From Candidatus Levyibacteriota bacterium (GTDB lineage: Bacteria; Patescibacteriota; Microgenomatia; Levybacterales; UBA12049): a stretch of 64,000 nt of DNA. The stretch lies in contig OY970292.1 of NCBI GenBank assembly GCA_963716145.1, positions 746,169 through 810,168 on the forward strand, given 5' to 3'. Positions 28,514 to 38,629 of the stretch are shown one piece after another (the stretch's first letter is position 1; each line of letters begins with the position of its first letter). A program made the position numbers and the translations under genes. The notes under the pieces are model-generated. The model had not been told where the DNA came from, did not search any database, and saw only the letters and a program-made list of their open reading frames with translations.

Positions 28514-29165
28514 ACTTGTCTTATTTGACATTGACCACACAATTTTTAATGCAACTTTGTACCGCAATAATTTATATGCAAATCTTGCCAAAGAAATAGG
28601 GTCCGATGTTAAGAAATTTTCTGAAACCGCAACAAAAAAATATGAGCAGCTCAGAAAAACCACCTATTTCTTCACTCCTGATCTTTTTCTTAAAACTATC
28701 CTTGCCCAATCGGAAAAAGCAACAGATCTCAAGAAAATTGAGGCTGTTTTTTGGAATAAAGAGCTTTACGAATCATGCGTATATCCTGATGTCAAAAAAG
28801 TTTTTGCGGATCTTGTTAAGAAAGGAATTCAAATCGGAATATTTTCAACCGGAGATCTTGCTCATCAAAAGATAAAAATTGAGAGCCTTAAGGAATATCT
28901 TTCAGAAAACCATATTTACATCTCCCAGGATAAATTTAAAATCATAAAAGGTACACTTGATGGATATAAAAAATATCAAATTTATCTGATTGATGACTAT
29001 CCGCAAATTTTGGAAAGCGCCAAGATGCATAACAAAAATGTTTTTACGGTGTTTATCAAAAGAGAAGAAAGCTATCGGGGCCTGCTGATTCCTGACAATT
29101 TTGAGCCTGATGCAACTATTAACAATTTGGATCAATTAACTGATATAATCAGGACCGAGAAATAA
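28503..29165 (+). CDS. HAD-superfamily hydrolase
   Basis: LFDIDHT, FSTG, IDD. Confidence 0.8.
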   Translation: MQNKLVLFDIDHTIFNATLYRNNLYANLAKEIGSDVKKFSETATKKYEQLRKTTYFFTPDLFLKTILAQSEKATDLKKIEAVFWNKELYESCVYPDVKKVFADLVKKGIQIGIFSTGDLAHQKIKIESLKEYLSENHIYISQDKFKIIKGTLDGYKKYQIYLIDDYPQILESAKMHNKNVFTVFIKREESYRGLLIPDNFEPDATINNLDQLTDIIRTEK

Positions 29166-29227
29166 CTTATAACCTATGACTAATAACATCGCTTTTGTTA
29201 TCAGTTATATGTTATTCGTTATCTGTT
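29162..29227. repeat. Heptamer-based inverted repeat upstream of glmS
   Basis: taactta/taaccta/tgactaa facing tgttatc/agttata/tgttatt/cgttatc. Confidence 0.65.
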
Positions 29228-29237
29228 CGAAAAATTT

Positions 29238-31010
29238 ATGTGTGGAATATTCGGTTATATTGGGAACAAAGACGCTGCGAAAGTTGTCGCGACCGGTCTG
29301 AAACGGCTTGAGTACAGGGGTTACGACTCCTGGGGAATCGCTGTTGTTGATAAAGAGATCCACATTTCCAAAACAGTTGGGGCAATCGGAGACTTCGCAA
29401 AAGACATAGATCTTCCAAAAGCTTTTATCAGCATCGGCCACACCAGGTGGGCCACTCACGGAGGCGTTACTGAGACCAATGCCCACCCGCACTATTCAAC
29501 TGATAAATCTTTTGCCCTTGCCCAGAATGGAATTGTTGAGAATTACACTGAACTAAAAGAAAACTTAATAAAAAAGGGCTATAAATTTGAGAGCGAAACA
29601 GACACAGAGGTAATTGTCAGGCTAATTGAAGATAAATTAAAGACAGAAAAGGATTTAATGAAAGCCGTAAGAGCTGCTTTTTTACAACTCACTGGCAGGA
29701 ACACAATAATTTTAATATCAAAAACCGGACAAGTTATAGCCGCCAGAAATGGTTCTCCGCTAGTCATAGGCAAGAATTTTGAAACTGATGAAATTTTTAT
29801 CTCGTCAGACACTCTCTCCTTTGCCCCTTTTGCCAAAAAAATGATAGTTGTTGAAAATGGCCAGATGATCGATATTCAGAATAAAGAAATCTTAATTTCT
29901 GACCTCAAAACAGGCAACAATCTGGATTATAGATTTGAAGATATCGGATTTCAGGCTGAGAAAATAGACAAAGAAGGCTTTGACCACTTTATGCTTAAGG
30001 AGATCCATGAAAGTTCTTATGTGATTGAACAGCTAATCAATCAAGATAAATCTCTTTATGAAAAACTTGCGGAGGATATAAAACAGGCTGAAAATATCTA
30101 TACTATTGGCTCGGGAACTGCGGGAATAGCTGCTGCGCAAATTGCTTTTTATCTCAGATCAATCGGCAAGATTAAGGCAATTAGCCTGATAGGTGCCGAT
30201 TGCACAGAGTATCTTCATCTATTTAAAAAAGGAGATGTGATAATCGCGCCTTCCCAATCCGGTGAGACAGCTGACGTATTGGAAATTCTGGAAAAATGCA
30301 AAGAAAAAGGTTTAAAAATTGCCTCGCTTGTAAATATGCCCGGCTCCTCAATGAGCAGACTTTCCGATTATAAATTTATGATGATGGCAGGACCTGAAAT
30401 TTGCGTCATGTCAACCAAAGCTTTTACTTCACAAATTGCCTGGGGCTATTTACTTAGCAAGGTAGTTGAAGGGAAATATGAGCAAGGAGTTAAAAATCTT
30501 AAAAATTTGAGCGTAGAACTGAACAAGTGGTTATCGGATAAAGATAATCACGAAAGTATCAAGAAACTTGCGGCAAGTTTAATAAAGAAAAAGGACATAT
30601 TCCTGCTCGGAAAACACCAGAATTTCCAAATCATAAGAGAAGGAATGGTCAAACTAATTGAAGGGGCTTACAAACATGCACATGCCCTGCCGGCGGGTGA
30701 TTTGAAACATTATGTAATTACTTTAATCGAAAAAGGAATTCCTGTAATTGTTGCTGTTTCTGAAGACGAAGTTAAAACCGATCTGATTAACGCAGTTCAC
30801 GAAGTCAAAGCAAGAGGAGCACATGTTATAGCCATAGCCCCAAAACCTCATCCGGATTACGACACTTTTATCAAAGTACCGGATGCCGGTGAACCGACAG
30901 CTATTATTAATGTAATTCCGCTGCAGCTTCTTGCATACTATTTGGCTCTACAATTAGGCAATAATGTCGACAAACCCAGAAATATTGCTAAATCTGTTAC
31001 AGTGAAATAA
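29238..31010 (+). CDS. glmS: Glutamine-fructose-6-phosphate transaminase
   Basis: MCGIFG, RLEYRGYDS, GHTRWATHG, SQSGETAD, DKPRNIAKSVTVK. Confidence 0.97.
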   Translation: MCGIFGYIGNKDAAKVVATGLKRLEYRGYDSWGIAVVDKEIHISKTVGAIGDFAKDIDLPKAFISIGHTRWATHGGVTETNAHPHYSTDKSFALAQNGIVENYTELKENLIKKGYKFESETDTEVIVRLIEDKLKTEKDLMKAVRAAFLQLTGRNTIILISKTGQVIAARNGSPLVIGKNFETDEIFISSDTLSFAPFAKKMIVVENGQMIDIQNKEILISDLKTGNNLDYRFEDIGFQAEKIDKEGFDHFMLKEIHESSYVIEQLINQDKSLYEKLAEDIKQAENIYTIGSGTAGIAAAQIAFYLRSIGKIKAISLIGADCTEYLHLFKKGDVIIAPSQSGETADVLEILEKCKEKGLKIASLVNMPGSSMSRLSDYKFMMMAGPEICVMSTKAFTSQIAWGYLLSKVVEGKYEQGVKNLKNLSVELNKWLSDKDNHESIKKLAASLIKKKDIFLLGKHQNFQIIREGMVKLIEGAYKHAHALPAGDLKHYVITLIEKGIPVIVAVSEDEVKTDLINAVHEVKARGAHVIAIAPKPHPDYDTFIKVPDAGEPTAIINVIPLQLLAYYLALQLGNNVDKPRNIAKSVTVK

Positions 31011-31024
31011 TCGCAATTATTTCA

Positions 31025-31043
31025 TCCTGAGCCTGTCGAAGGA
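31025..31043 (-). repeat. TCCTTCGACAGGCTCAGGA hairpin (dispersed family)
   Basis: Plus strand tcctgagcctgtcgaagga, between glmS and yvcK. Confidence 0.75.
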
Positions 31044-31097
31044 TCTCAAGGATCTATTGCAAGATTCTTCACAAAAGATTAGAATGGCAAAACTAAT

Positions 31098-32105
31098 ATG
31101 AATAACTTGAATAGCAAACCAAAGATCGTTGTCATCGGCGGCGGGACAGGCAGTTTTGCCGCTCTTTCAGGGCTTAAAATACATCCTGTTAGCTTATCGG
31201 CAATTGTCACGATGAGCGACTCCGGAGGGAGCAATAAACGCATCAGGGATGAGTTCGGACTTTTACCAACCTCTGACATCCGCCAATGCTTGGTCGCGCT
31301 TTCTGATGAAGTTGGACACAGAGGACTTCTCCGCCAGCTTTTTATGTATAGATTCAACAAAGGCGAGGGCATCTCGGGTATGACCTTTGGCAACCTCTTC
31401 ATGGCGGCTTTATCAGATATTTTGGGCTCCCAGGAAGAAGCAGTCCGGCAAACGGGAAAGGTTCTTCGTATACGAGGCACAGTAATACCTGTGTCTTTTA
31501 CTGACACCAATCTCTTTGCCGAATATGAAGACGGAAAAATTGTCAACGAGGAACATCTTATCGACGAACCAATACCCGGAAGTATTGATTCAAAAATTAA
31601 AAAGGTGTATCTAAAGCCTAAGGCCAAAGTTAATCCTGAGGCCGTAAAAGCTATTCTAAAAGCAGATTATATCGTAATCGGACCCGGAGACTTATATACA
31701 AGCATTATTCCCAACCTTTTAGTGGATGGCTTAAGTACTGCGCTTGCTAAAACAAAAGCAAAAAAAGTTTATGTGCTGAACCTAATGACAAAATATGGAC
31801 AAACAACTGACTGCAAGGCTTCAGATCACATTACAATTCTGGAAAAATACATCGGAAAAAATCTACTTGATGCTGTTTTGGTTAACACCCAAAAGCCCAG
31901 CAAAATGGCCTTGGAATGGTATAAAGATTTTGAAGAATATCCTGTGGTAGATGACCTAAACAAATTAAAATCAACCCAGATAATCAGAGCGCGCTTACTT
32001 AAAGACGCAATTATTGGAAAAGACAGCTCAGATCATCTCAAGCGGAGCATCATCCGCCATGACCCTGAAAAACTGGCAAGCGAAATAATGAAGCTTCTAA
32101 ACTAA
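31098..32105 (+). CDS. yvcK: YvcK/GlmR (CofD-like) family protein
   Basis: IGGGTG, VTMSDSGGS, DIRQCLVALS, GPGDLYTSIIPNL, RHDPEKLA. Confidence 0.93.
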   Translation: MNNLNSKPKIVVIGGGTGSFAALSGLKIHPVSLSAIVTMSDSGGSNKRIRDEFGLLPTSDIRQCLVALSDEVGHRGLLRQLFMYRFNKGEGISGMTFGNLFMAALSDILGSQEEAVRQTGKVLRIRGTVIPVSFTDTNLFAEYEDGKIVNEEHLIDEPIPGSIDSKIKKVYLKPKAKVNPEAVKAILKADYIVIGPGDLYTSIIPNLLVDGLSTALAKTKAKKVYVLNLMTKYGQTTDCKASDHITILEKYIGKNLLDAVLVNTQKPSKMALEWYKDFEEYPVVDDLNKLKSTQIIRARLLKDAIIGKDSSDHLKRSIIRHDPEKLASEIMKLLN

Positions 32106-32138
32106 CAAAAAAGCCTGCTTTTGACAGACTTTTTTGTT
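32104..32138. terminator. Bidirectional intrinsic terminator
   Basis: aacaaaaaagcctg-cttttga-cagacttttttgtt with an A-run and a T-run. Confidence 0.8.
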
Positions 32139-32262
32139 GATTTATATAGATTTCTTGCTTTTACACTTTCTATCTATACTCTTCGCTTTTACCGTGTCCC
32201 TCAAAATTAAGATTCTAGAACACTTAACCTTTTGGCAAGTTAAACTGTTGCAACAGCCAACA
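32105..32262 (-). ncRNA. Candidate structured small RNA (~155 nt)
   Basis: TTGACA-N18-TACGCT promoter (32297-32268), several stems, no annotated ORF, ends at the terminator. Confidence 0.4.
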
Positions 32263-32306
32263 CTTATAGCGTAATACCTTTTGGGGCTAATTGTCAATAT
32301 AGTTGA

Positions 32307-33683
32307 TTATTCAACTAAGCTGCATGCGATTTTAATTCCCTCTGAATATGTTGGATATGCATGGATCATTTCTGAGAGCTCTTTGGCTGTGACATCACAC
32401 TTTATAGCTAAGGCGATTTCATGAATCAGCTCCCCTGCCCGGGGCGCTACAATCGAACCGCCGATTATAACACCGCTTTTATCGGTAATTACTTTCACAA
32501 ATCCGTCAAAATCATTGGCGGTATTGGCCCGCCCCAGAATACCGATTGCCATGATGCCTTTTTTAATCTTGATGCCCTTTTCGATTGCTTCTTTTTCTGA
32601 AATTCCAACTGAGGCTACTTCAGGAGTTATAAAAACACAACGCGGCACGACCGTATAATCTACCCGCTTTTTCTTTTTGGAGAAGGCATTGTGAGCTGCA
32701 ATATAGCTTTGGTAATTACCGCTGTGAGTGAAAAGATAAGGACCCACAACATCTCCTGCCGCAAAAACATGAGGATTTGTTGTCTGAAGTTCTCTAGTTA
32801 CTTTTAACTGCCTCTTTTCTATTTTGATATCGGCTTTCTCAGGAGCGAAATTAAGGAGCAGCACCTTACCCGTCGCGATCAAAATTTCATCAAACTCGCC
32901 AAAATACTGATTCTCCCCTTTTTGGAAATGAACTACTTTTTTATCATGCTTTTTTTCAACTTTTATTACACCTGTTTCGGTAAGAACCGTAATACCCTTA
33001 TTTTCGAATAATGCTTTAACCAAATCGCTTACTTCCGCGTCTTCTTTGCTTAGCAGTTTCTCAGACCTATTCACAATAGTTACTTTTGTGCCAAAACTTG
33101 CGAAAATCTGAGCAAATTCGCAGCCAATTGCTCCTCCTCCAAAAATCAAAAGCGATGCAGGCAGCTTCTCAAGATCCACTGCTTCTTTATAGGTAATATA
33201 CCCCACGTCTGGCAATCCTGTTATAGGCGGAATAAAAGTCTCTGAACCTGTGGCAATAATAAATTTGGAGGCTGAGTATATCTTGCCCCCTGCTTCAACC
33301 TCATGGGACGAAACAAAAGCTGCTTTATGCCGTATTACCTCAATACCGTCTTTGTGGAATGCGGCTGCCCCATGTGACGCACCGGTTCTTGAGACAACCA
33401 GATCCTTCCATTTTTTAACCAAATGGTGATTTACCGGTACATGAGTTGCCTCAATACCGTACATTTTTGCTGATTTTACTGTTTCTAGAACATGACCCGC
33501 GTGAAGAAGAGCTTTGGTGGGAACGCAGGCAAAATTAGGGCACTCACCGCCTATTGCCCCTGCTTCAAAAAGCGCGACTGTTTTCCCCAGCTCCCGTGCC
33601 GTATGCGCGGCTACAGATCCCCCAGCGCCTGAGCCTATGATGATAAGGTCATAATCATATTTTTTCTTCTTAAAGGGCAGCAT
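32307..33683 (-). CDS. Class I pyridine nucleotide-disulfide oxidoreductase (LpdA/MerA-like)
   Basis: IGSGAGG, GGECPNFACVPTK, GGGAIGCE, FAAGD, HAYPTYSE. Confidence 0.92.
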   Translation of the reverse strand: MLPFKKKKYDYDLIIIGSGAGGSVAAHTARELGKTVALFEAGAIGGECPNFACVPTKALLHAGHVLETVKSAKMYGIEATHVPVNHHLVKKWKDLVVSRTGASHGAAAFHKDGIEVIRHKAAFVSSHEVEAGGKIYSASKFIIATGSETFIPPITGLPDVGYITYKEAVDLEKLPASLLIFGGGAIGCEFAQIFASFGTKVTIVNRSEKLLSKEDAEVSDLVKALFENKGITVLTETGVIKVEKKHDKKVVHFQKGENQYFGEFDEILIATGKVLLLNFAPEKADIKIEKRQLKVTRELQTTNPHVFAAGDVVGPYLFTHSGNYQSYIAAHNAFSKKKKRVDYTVVPRCVFITPEVASVGISEKEAIEKGIKIKKGIMAIGILGRANTANDFDGFVKVITDKSGVIIGGSIVAPRAGELIHEIALAIKCDVTAKELSEMIHAYPTYSEGIKIACSLVE

Positions 33684-33699
33684 AAAATTAGTATATCAG

Positions 33700-33808
33700 A
33701 ATTTTCAATTTTTAATTATCAATTTTCATTGAATTTTAAATGACGAAATTTTTAAACATTGAAACATTGTAGTTTGATTGAAAATTTTAAATTGTAAATT
33801 AAAAATTT
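33700..33808. repeat. AT-rich heptamer inverted repeat, homologous to 49163-49263
   Basis: Shares tcaattttcattgaatttt and cattgtaRtttgattgaaaatt with the 49.2-kb copy. Confidence 0.8.
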
Positions 33809-34076
33809 AGGAGATATCCCTGTGAGTATCGTACATATAAGCAACGTCTTTATTATATTTTTTCAAACTCTCCGTAACGTGCTTATGTATCGAATGGGCT
33901 GATACTTCATGCGCGTCTTTAAACCCCTCTGTTACTTCGTGTGCTACCATATTGGAAATTAGCTCTGATTCCTCATCAGACATCCGAAGCGTCATACACG
34001 CGGCAAATACACTGGCATAGACTTTCCGCTCGTCGTACCGCTCCTTGTGCCCTTTTCTTTTGACTATGTGTTCCAT
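33807..34076 (-). CDS. Small stand-alone ATP-cone-like protein
   Basis: IVKRKGHKERYDERKV...IHKHVTESL...VAYMY. Confidence 0.7.
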   Translation of the reverse strand: MEHIVKRKGHKERYDERKVYASVFAACMTLRMSDEESELISNMVAHEVTEGFKDAHEVSAHSIHKHVTESLKKYNKDVAYMYDTHRDIS

Positions 34077-34085
34077 ACTTTGATT

Positions 34086-34147
34086 ATAGCTAATGGCGTA
34101 TAGCTTATCGCTTATAGAATTTCCATATGCAATTTGCCATAAGCTAT
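34086..34147. repeat. Heptamer-based inverted repeat
   Basis: tagctaa/tggcgta/tagctta/tcgctta facing tatgcaa/tttgcca/taagcta; the termini match 11/12. Confidence 0.7.
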
Positions 34148-34851
34148 TAGCCGAAATTTATCGTCCCATTGGCGATTAAGATCAAAAGCCAGCCAAGCGC
34201 AATAAGCATATAACCGATTGCAAACCTCATATATCCTTTGTTGCTCTGTTTCCATTTCTTAATTTTATCTACTTTCATTCCACCTGCCACTAGCAACAAA
34301 ATAACGACTAAAGGCAAGACGAAAACAACATTGTAGAGAATTAAGAGCATGAATGCTTGAAAATTAAAGTTGAGTGACAGGAGTGTAATTATTGCAAGAT
34401 ACGGAGCTCCCGTACATGGAAGTTCAACTGCTGCTATAAAACAGCCAAGAAGAATCACGCCGGTTGTGGTTACATTTTTTGAGTAGTCATGAATTTTTTG
34501 GGCAAAATAAGGCGGGATTTGGAGTGAAAAACCCTGCCCGTACCAGAAAAAGTCTTTTATTTCCAAAAGCCCGGCAAGAACTACAAAGAAGCCTACGATC
34601 AAAGCCAAATATTCGGCTACAAAAAGTGGGACACTTTGCAGGAAGTAGATCAAGCCAAGTCCCGCGAGAAGATAGGTGAAAAAAATTGCCCCTATATAGA
34701 GTCCCCCAAGGTACAAAAGCTTGCCGACCGATCCTTTACCTCCGAGGACAACAGATACCATTAAAATCAAAACGCCGATCGCGCAGGGATTTATAGAATC
34801 AATTGCAGCTGATATCAGAACAACCGATAACGTTGGCAGGTCAATATTCAT
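34147..34851 (-). CDS. CcdA/DsbD-type transmembrane thiol-redox protein
   Basis: DSINPCAIGVL and VELPCTGAPY; about 6 TM. Confidence 0.85.
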   Translation of the reverse strand: MNIDLPTLSVVLISAAIDSINPCAIGVLILMVSVVLGGKGSVGKLLYLGGLYIGAIFFTYLLAGLGLIYFLQSVPLFVAEYLALIVGFFVVLAGLLEIKDFFWYGQGFSLQIPPYFAQKIHDYSKNVTTTGVILLGCFIAAVELPCTGAPYLAIITLLSLNFNFQAFMLLILYNVVFVLPLVVILLLVAGGMKVDKIKKWKQSNKGYMRFAIGYMLIALGWLLILIANGTINFG

Positions 34852-34935
34852 AATTTCAAATTTCTAATTTCCAATTTCAAATCAACAAATACCATTTGAG
34901 ATTTGATATTTGTAATTGGTATTTATTGGAAATTA
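34851..34935. repeat. AT-rich heptamer inverted repeat
   Basis: taatttc/aaatttc/taatttc units facing gatttga/tatttgt/aattggt...gaaatta. Confidence 0.7.
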
Positions 34936-34937
34936 CC

Positions 34938-35663
34938 CTAGTGGTGCCCTCCTTTCACCTTTCCGGTTTTTTCAGAAACTTTATAACTCCTGCAAAGCTT
35001 GTCAGTTTTATCTTTGGGAGAATCAAACTCAACAATAATACAATCTCCCTGCGGGACAACTGAGAAAGGCGAGATAACATAATTTGCGGGATCTGCTATT
35101 TTTTGCTGGGAGTAATGATTATCTTTGTCAGTTTTATAAACAAACATTTGAACTTCACTCATGGTCTGCCCGGGACAATTTGTGCCATTCTTAACCGAAA
35201 GATTGCTATTATTTGTGGGCAAACTAAACGACCCGCTTGATAATTGTCCACCTACTACTTGGAAAAATTTGCCCACACTCGCATCCGTTGGCGCGAAAAC
35301 CACACCTTCAAGATGAATCCTCTTATCATTGTGTTCGTGAAGTGTCGGAGTTCCGATCTTATTGCTCAATCCTTTGGGATCTTTCAGGTCTACTTCTTTC
35401 CCGCAAGCCCAGACTTCAAAATCCGCGTGCCAGTGAACAGGTCCTCCGCTTGATGAAACAACATTTAGATAAACAGTTGAGGCGGACATCACAATTGTCG
35501 GGATTAAAGCCGAAACCAAGATTGATAAAAATAGGATTTTTTTATTATCCGGACTTAACTTTTTTGCTTTTAACGCAACTAGAGCGAGTACTATCAAAAA
35601 GATTGACCCAAATAAGAGAAGATAAAGAGAGTACGTGTTTAAGACTTGTTCTAAGTTTTCCAT
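34938..35663 (-). CDS. Membrane-anchored hypothetical protein with His motifs
   Basis: Two TMs; VHWHADF, LHEHNDKRIHLEG; four Cys. Confidence 0.7.
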   Translation of the reverse strand: MENLEQVLNTYSLYLLLFGSIFLIVLALVALKAKKLSPDNKKILFLSILVSALIPTIVMSASTVYLNVVSSSGGPVHWHADFEVWACGKEVDLKDPKGLSNKIGTPTLHEHNDKRIHLEGVVFAPTDASVGKFFQVVGGQLSSGSFSLPTNNSNLSVKNGTNCPGQTMSEVQMFVYKTDKDNHYSQQKIADPANYVISPFSVVPQGDCIIVEFDSPKDKTDKLCRSYKVSEKTGKVKGGHH

Positions 35664-35712
35664 AGCACTTCTATAATAACGATAGCTTATCTATAAATTT
35701 TATTCAATAGAT

Positions 35713-38376
35713 TTATGCCTCCCCCGGGGAAAGCCTGTCAATTTGCGGCTGGATAAATTTATAAAACAACCCAAGCAATCCGGCTACAGCCAATATGTAA
35801 ATCCAATCGAGTAAATCAACCCTTACCAGACCAAAAAGATTGGAAAGAAAAGGGGTATAAATAATAAACATCTGAAGTGTAATTGTTATTCCTATTGAAA
35901 TAAAAAGCCATTTATTGGAAAAAAACGGAGTTCTGTAATTTGATCTGATCAAATATATATTGACGAGCTCAAAAACAACAATCGCTAAAAATGCCGCGCT
36001 TTGTGCTCTCTCAATTCCAAATGGCAAATCAATTACAAATATACCTATTACAGCTGCTGAGAGCAAAACTCCAAACGTTACCATTTCTACCCACAGTTCG
36101 CGATTTACAATATCCGCCTGAAACACTTTGGGCTTATAACGCATAATTCCTTTCTCTGCTTCATCCATTCCCAATGCTATTGCCGGAACACCGTCAGTCA
36201 CGACGTTGATCCACAAAAGCATGGTTGCAGTTAACACCAATTCCTGAAGCACAATCACTCCGACAAAGACTATTATGACTTCTCCGATATTGCAGGAGAG
36301 CAGGTATCTGATAAATTTGCGGATATTGTGAAATATTCCCCGTCCCTCCTCAATCGCTGAGACAATACTCGAAAATTTGTCATCCAAGAGAACCATGTCC
36401 GATGATTCCTTGGCTACATCGGTTCCGGTTATCCCCATCGCGATTCCTATGTCTGCGGCTTTAAGAGCAGGCGCATCATTGACACCGTCTCCTGTCATCG
36501 CGACAATATGTCCTTTTTTCTTAAGCGCGTTAACAATTCTCATCTTAACGCTGGGATTAACTCTGGCGTAAATACTAACTGTCTCAACAATTTTGCTGAA
36601 TTGTTCATCGCTCATCTTTTCCAACTCCGCTCCGGTTAAAACCTGCCCCTCTATTCCAACTTCATGGGCAACTGCCTTGGCAGTCTCCCCATTATCTCCT
36701 GTAATCATAACCACGCGGATGCCCGACCTTCTGCATTCCTCAATCAAAGGCTTGACCTCAACTCTTGGCGGATCGATCATCCCCTGAATACCAAGAAAAG
36801 TTAAACCTGATTCGATCTTAGACTTATCTTTCTTTTGCTTCTCATATTCCGAAAACGATAATTCTTTATAGGCAAATCCGAGATTACGAAGCGCTTGCTC
36901 GGATAGCTCTTTATTTGTTTCGAGCGCTTTTTTCTTCTCAGCCGGATTAGTAGCGCAGTGCTCCAAAACAAACTCAGGTGCCCCTTTCATATAGACAACA
37001 TGTTTACCATCCTTTTTAATTACAACTGACATAATTTTCCGCTCGGAACTGAACGGAATCTCAGAAACCCGTTCTCCTGCTTGCTTCAAGCCCATCTTTG
37101 CGGCGCTTACTAAAAGAGCTGCTTCTGTCGGATCTCCAAGAACCTTTCCCTCAGTAATCGAAGCATTGTTGCAGTAAACTCCTGTCTCTAAAAGTTTTGC
37201 AAATATTGCCGGATTGATCTTTTTGTTATCCAAGCTAAACTCTCCAGTTGTCTCATAACCGGTTCCCGCTATATCATAAATTTTCCCTCCAAAAAAGATT
37301 TTACGCACAGTCATCTCGCCTTTGGTGAAAGTACCTGTTTTGTCAGAGCAGATTACATCAGTTGATCCGAGTGTCTCAACTGAATTAAGCTTTCTGACTA
37401 AGGCATTTTTACGAAGCATTCTCTGTGTCCCAAGAGCAAGTGATATTGTCACAACAGCAGGTAATCCTTCAGGAATCGCTGCAACAGCAAGAGCAACTGC
37501 TGCAATAAAGGACTGGATAACTTTACTTAATAATGGCAATTGAGAAAAATCCCGTGCAAAAAAGAATATAAAAGCAAAAACAAAAACGCATATTCCGACA
37601 ATCACTAACCCTATTATTTTCCCTATTTTCTCAAGCCGGATTTGAATTGGAGTCTGTTCCTCCTCAGTATTTGCTACGTCCTGTGCTATTTTGCCGATTT
37701 CTGTTGTGTCTCCAGTTGCGACAACTATTCCAATTGCCCGGCCGGAGGCAATGTTGGTCCCGGCGAAAAGCATATTTGTTTGATCGGCAATTTGTTTACT
37801 GCCCGTAAGTTCCTCGGAAACTTTTGAAACCGGTGCAGATTCACCAGTTAATGAAGCTTCGTTTACCATCAGGCTGAATACTTCCAGAAGCCTTATGTCA
37901 GCCGGCACTTTTGTCCCCTCCTCAATTACTACAATATCCCCGGGTACCAAATCCGAGACATCAATTTCATACTCACGTCCCGCTCTTCGTACTTTTGCTT
38001 TAAACGCCAGAAGTTTTTTGAGAGATTCTATAGCTTTTTCAGCCTTAAATTCCTGCACAAATCCAAGAATTGTAATCATAAAAACAATTCCCAGGATTAA
38101 TCCTGCTTCAACCAAATCCGATGGGTCTTTTTCTCCAAATTGATAAATAAATAGAATTAGAAAGGCCGAAATAATAAGAATGATTGTCAAGGTATTTTTG
38201 AACTGCTCAAAATACATTGACCATGCCGATTGTTTTTTCTTAGCGGTTAATTTATTGGAGCCGAATTTTGTGAGGAGGTTTTTGGCGCTATCCTCAGACA
38301 GTCCTTTATCACTTGTTTTAAACAAGCTAAACAATTTGTCTTTTGTTAATGAGTACAACTGGGCAGAATCAGGCAT
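35713..38376 (-). CDS. P2-type cation-transporting ATPase
   Basis: TGES, IPEGL, DKTGT, KGAPE, TGDGVNDAPAL. Confidence 0.96.
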   Translation of the reverse strand: MPDSAQLYSLTKDKLFSLFKTSDKGLSEDSAKNLLTKFGSNKLTAKKKQSAWSMYFEQFKNTLTIILIISAFLILFIYQFGEKDPSDLVEAGLILGIVFMITILGFVQEFKAEKAIESLKKLLAFKAKVRRAGREYEIDVSDLVPGDIVVIEEGTKVPADIRLLEVFSLMVNEASLTGESAPVSKVSEELTGSKQIADQTNMLFAGTNIASGRAIGIVVATGDTTEIGKIAQDVANTEEEQTPIQIRLEKIGKIIGLVIVGICVFVFAFIFFFARDFSQLPLLSKVIQSFIAAVALAVAAIPEGLPAVVTISLALGTQRMLRKNALVRKLNSVETLGSTDVICSDKTGTFTKGEMTVRKIFFGGKIYDIAGTGYETTGEFSLDNKKINPAIFAKLLETGVYCNNASITEGKVLGDPTEAALLVSAAKMGLKQAGERVSEIPFSSERKIMSVVIKKDGKHVVYMKGAPEFVLEHCATNPAEKKKALETNKELSEQALRNLGFAYKELSFSEYEKQKKDKSKIESGLTFLGIQGMIDPPRVEVKPLIEECRRSGIRVVMITGDNGETAKAVAHEVGIEGQVLTGAELEKMSDEQFSKIVETVSIYARVNPSVKMRIVNALKKKGHIVAMTGDGVNDAPALKAADIGIAMGITGTDVAKESSDMVLLDDKFSSIVSAIEEGRGIFHNIRKFIRYLLSCNIGEVIIVFVGVIVLQELVLTATMLLWINVVTDGVPAIALGMDEAEKGIMRYKPKVFQADIVNRELWVEMVTFGVLLSAAVIGIFVIDLPFGIERAQSAAFLAIVVFELVNIYLIRSNYRTPFFSNKWLFISIGITITLQMFIIYTPFLSNLFGLVRVDLLDWIYILAVAGLLGLFYKFIQPQIDRLSPGEA

Positions 38377-38442
38377 TACTTTAACTATACCTAATACTCA
38401 CCTCAGTTGACAATCGGAACAAATCTATTGTAAGTTATATTT

Positions 38443-38625
38443 ATGGGTATTTTTGGATTGGGTCCACAAACTTCAGATGAGGGGCATGTTTGCGCTCATT
38501 GCGGCAAAAAGATAAAAGCGGGTGAGCATTTCACAAAAGAAGGAAAAAAATATTGTTGCGAGAAATGCTGTGGAAGTGTTGATAAAAGTGCCAAGAAAAA
38601 AGCCAAATCCTGCGAATTCTGCTAA
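38443..38625 (+). CDS. Small Cys-rich metal-binding protein
   Basis: CAHC...YCCEKCC...CEFC; TTGACA (38407) and TAAGTT (38431) promoter boxes upstream. Confidence 0.7.
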   Translation: MGIFGLGPQTSDEGHVCAHCGKKIKAGEHFTKEGKKYCCEKCCGSVDKSAKKKAKSCEFC

Positions 38626-38629
38626 GACC

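Noticed and set aside
29165-29237. glmS ribozyme
   Set aside because: The gap is only about 70 nt of AT-rich heptamer hairpin with no ribozyme core.
31079-31627. Long antisense ORFs (also 35237-35665, 54410-54892 and similar)
   Set aside because: These are shadows of well-supported genes on the opposite strand and have no motifs.
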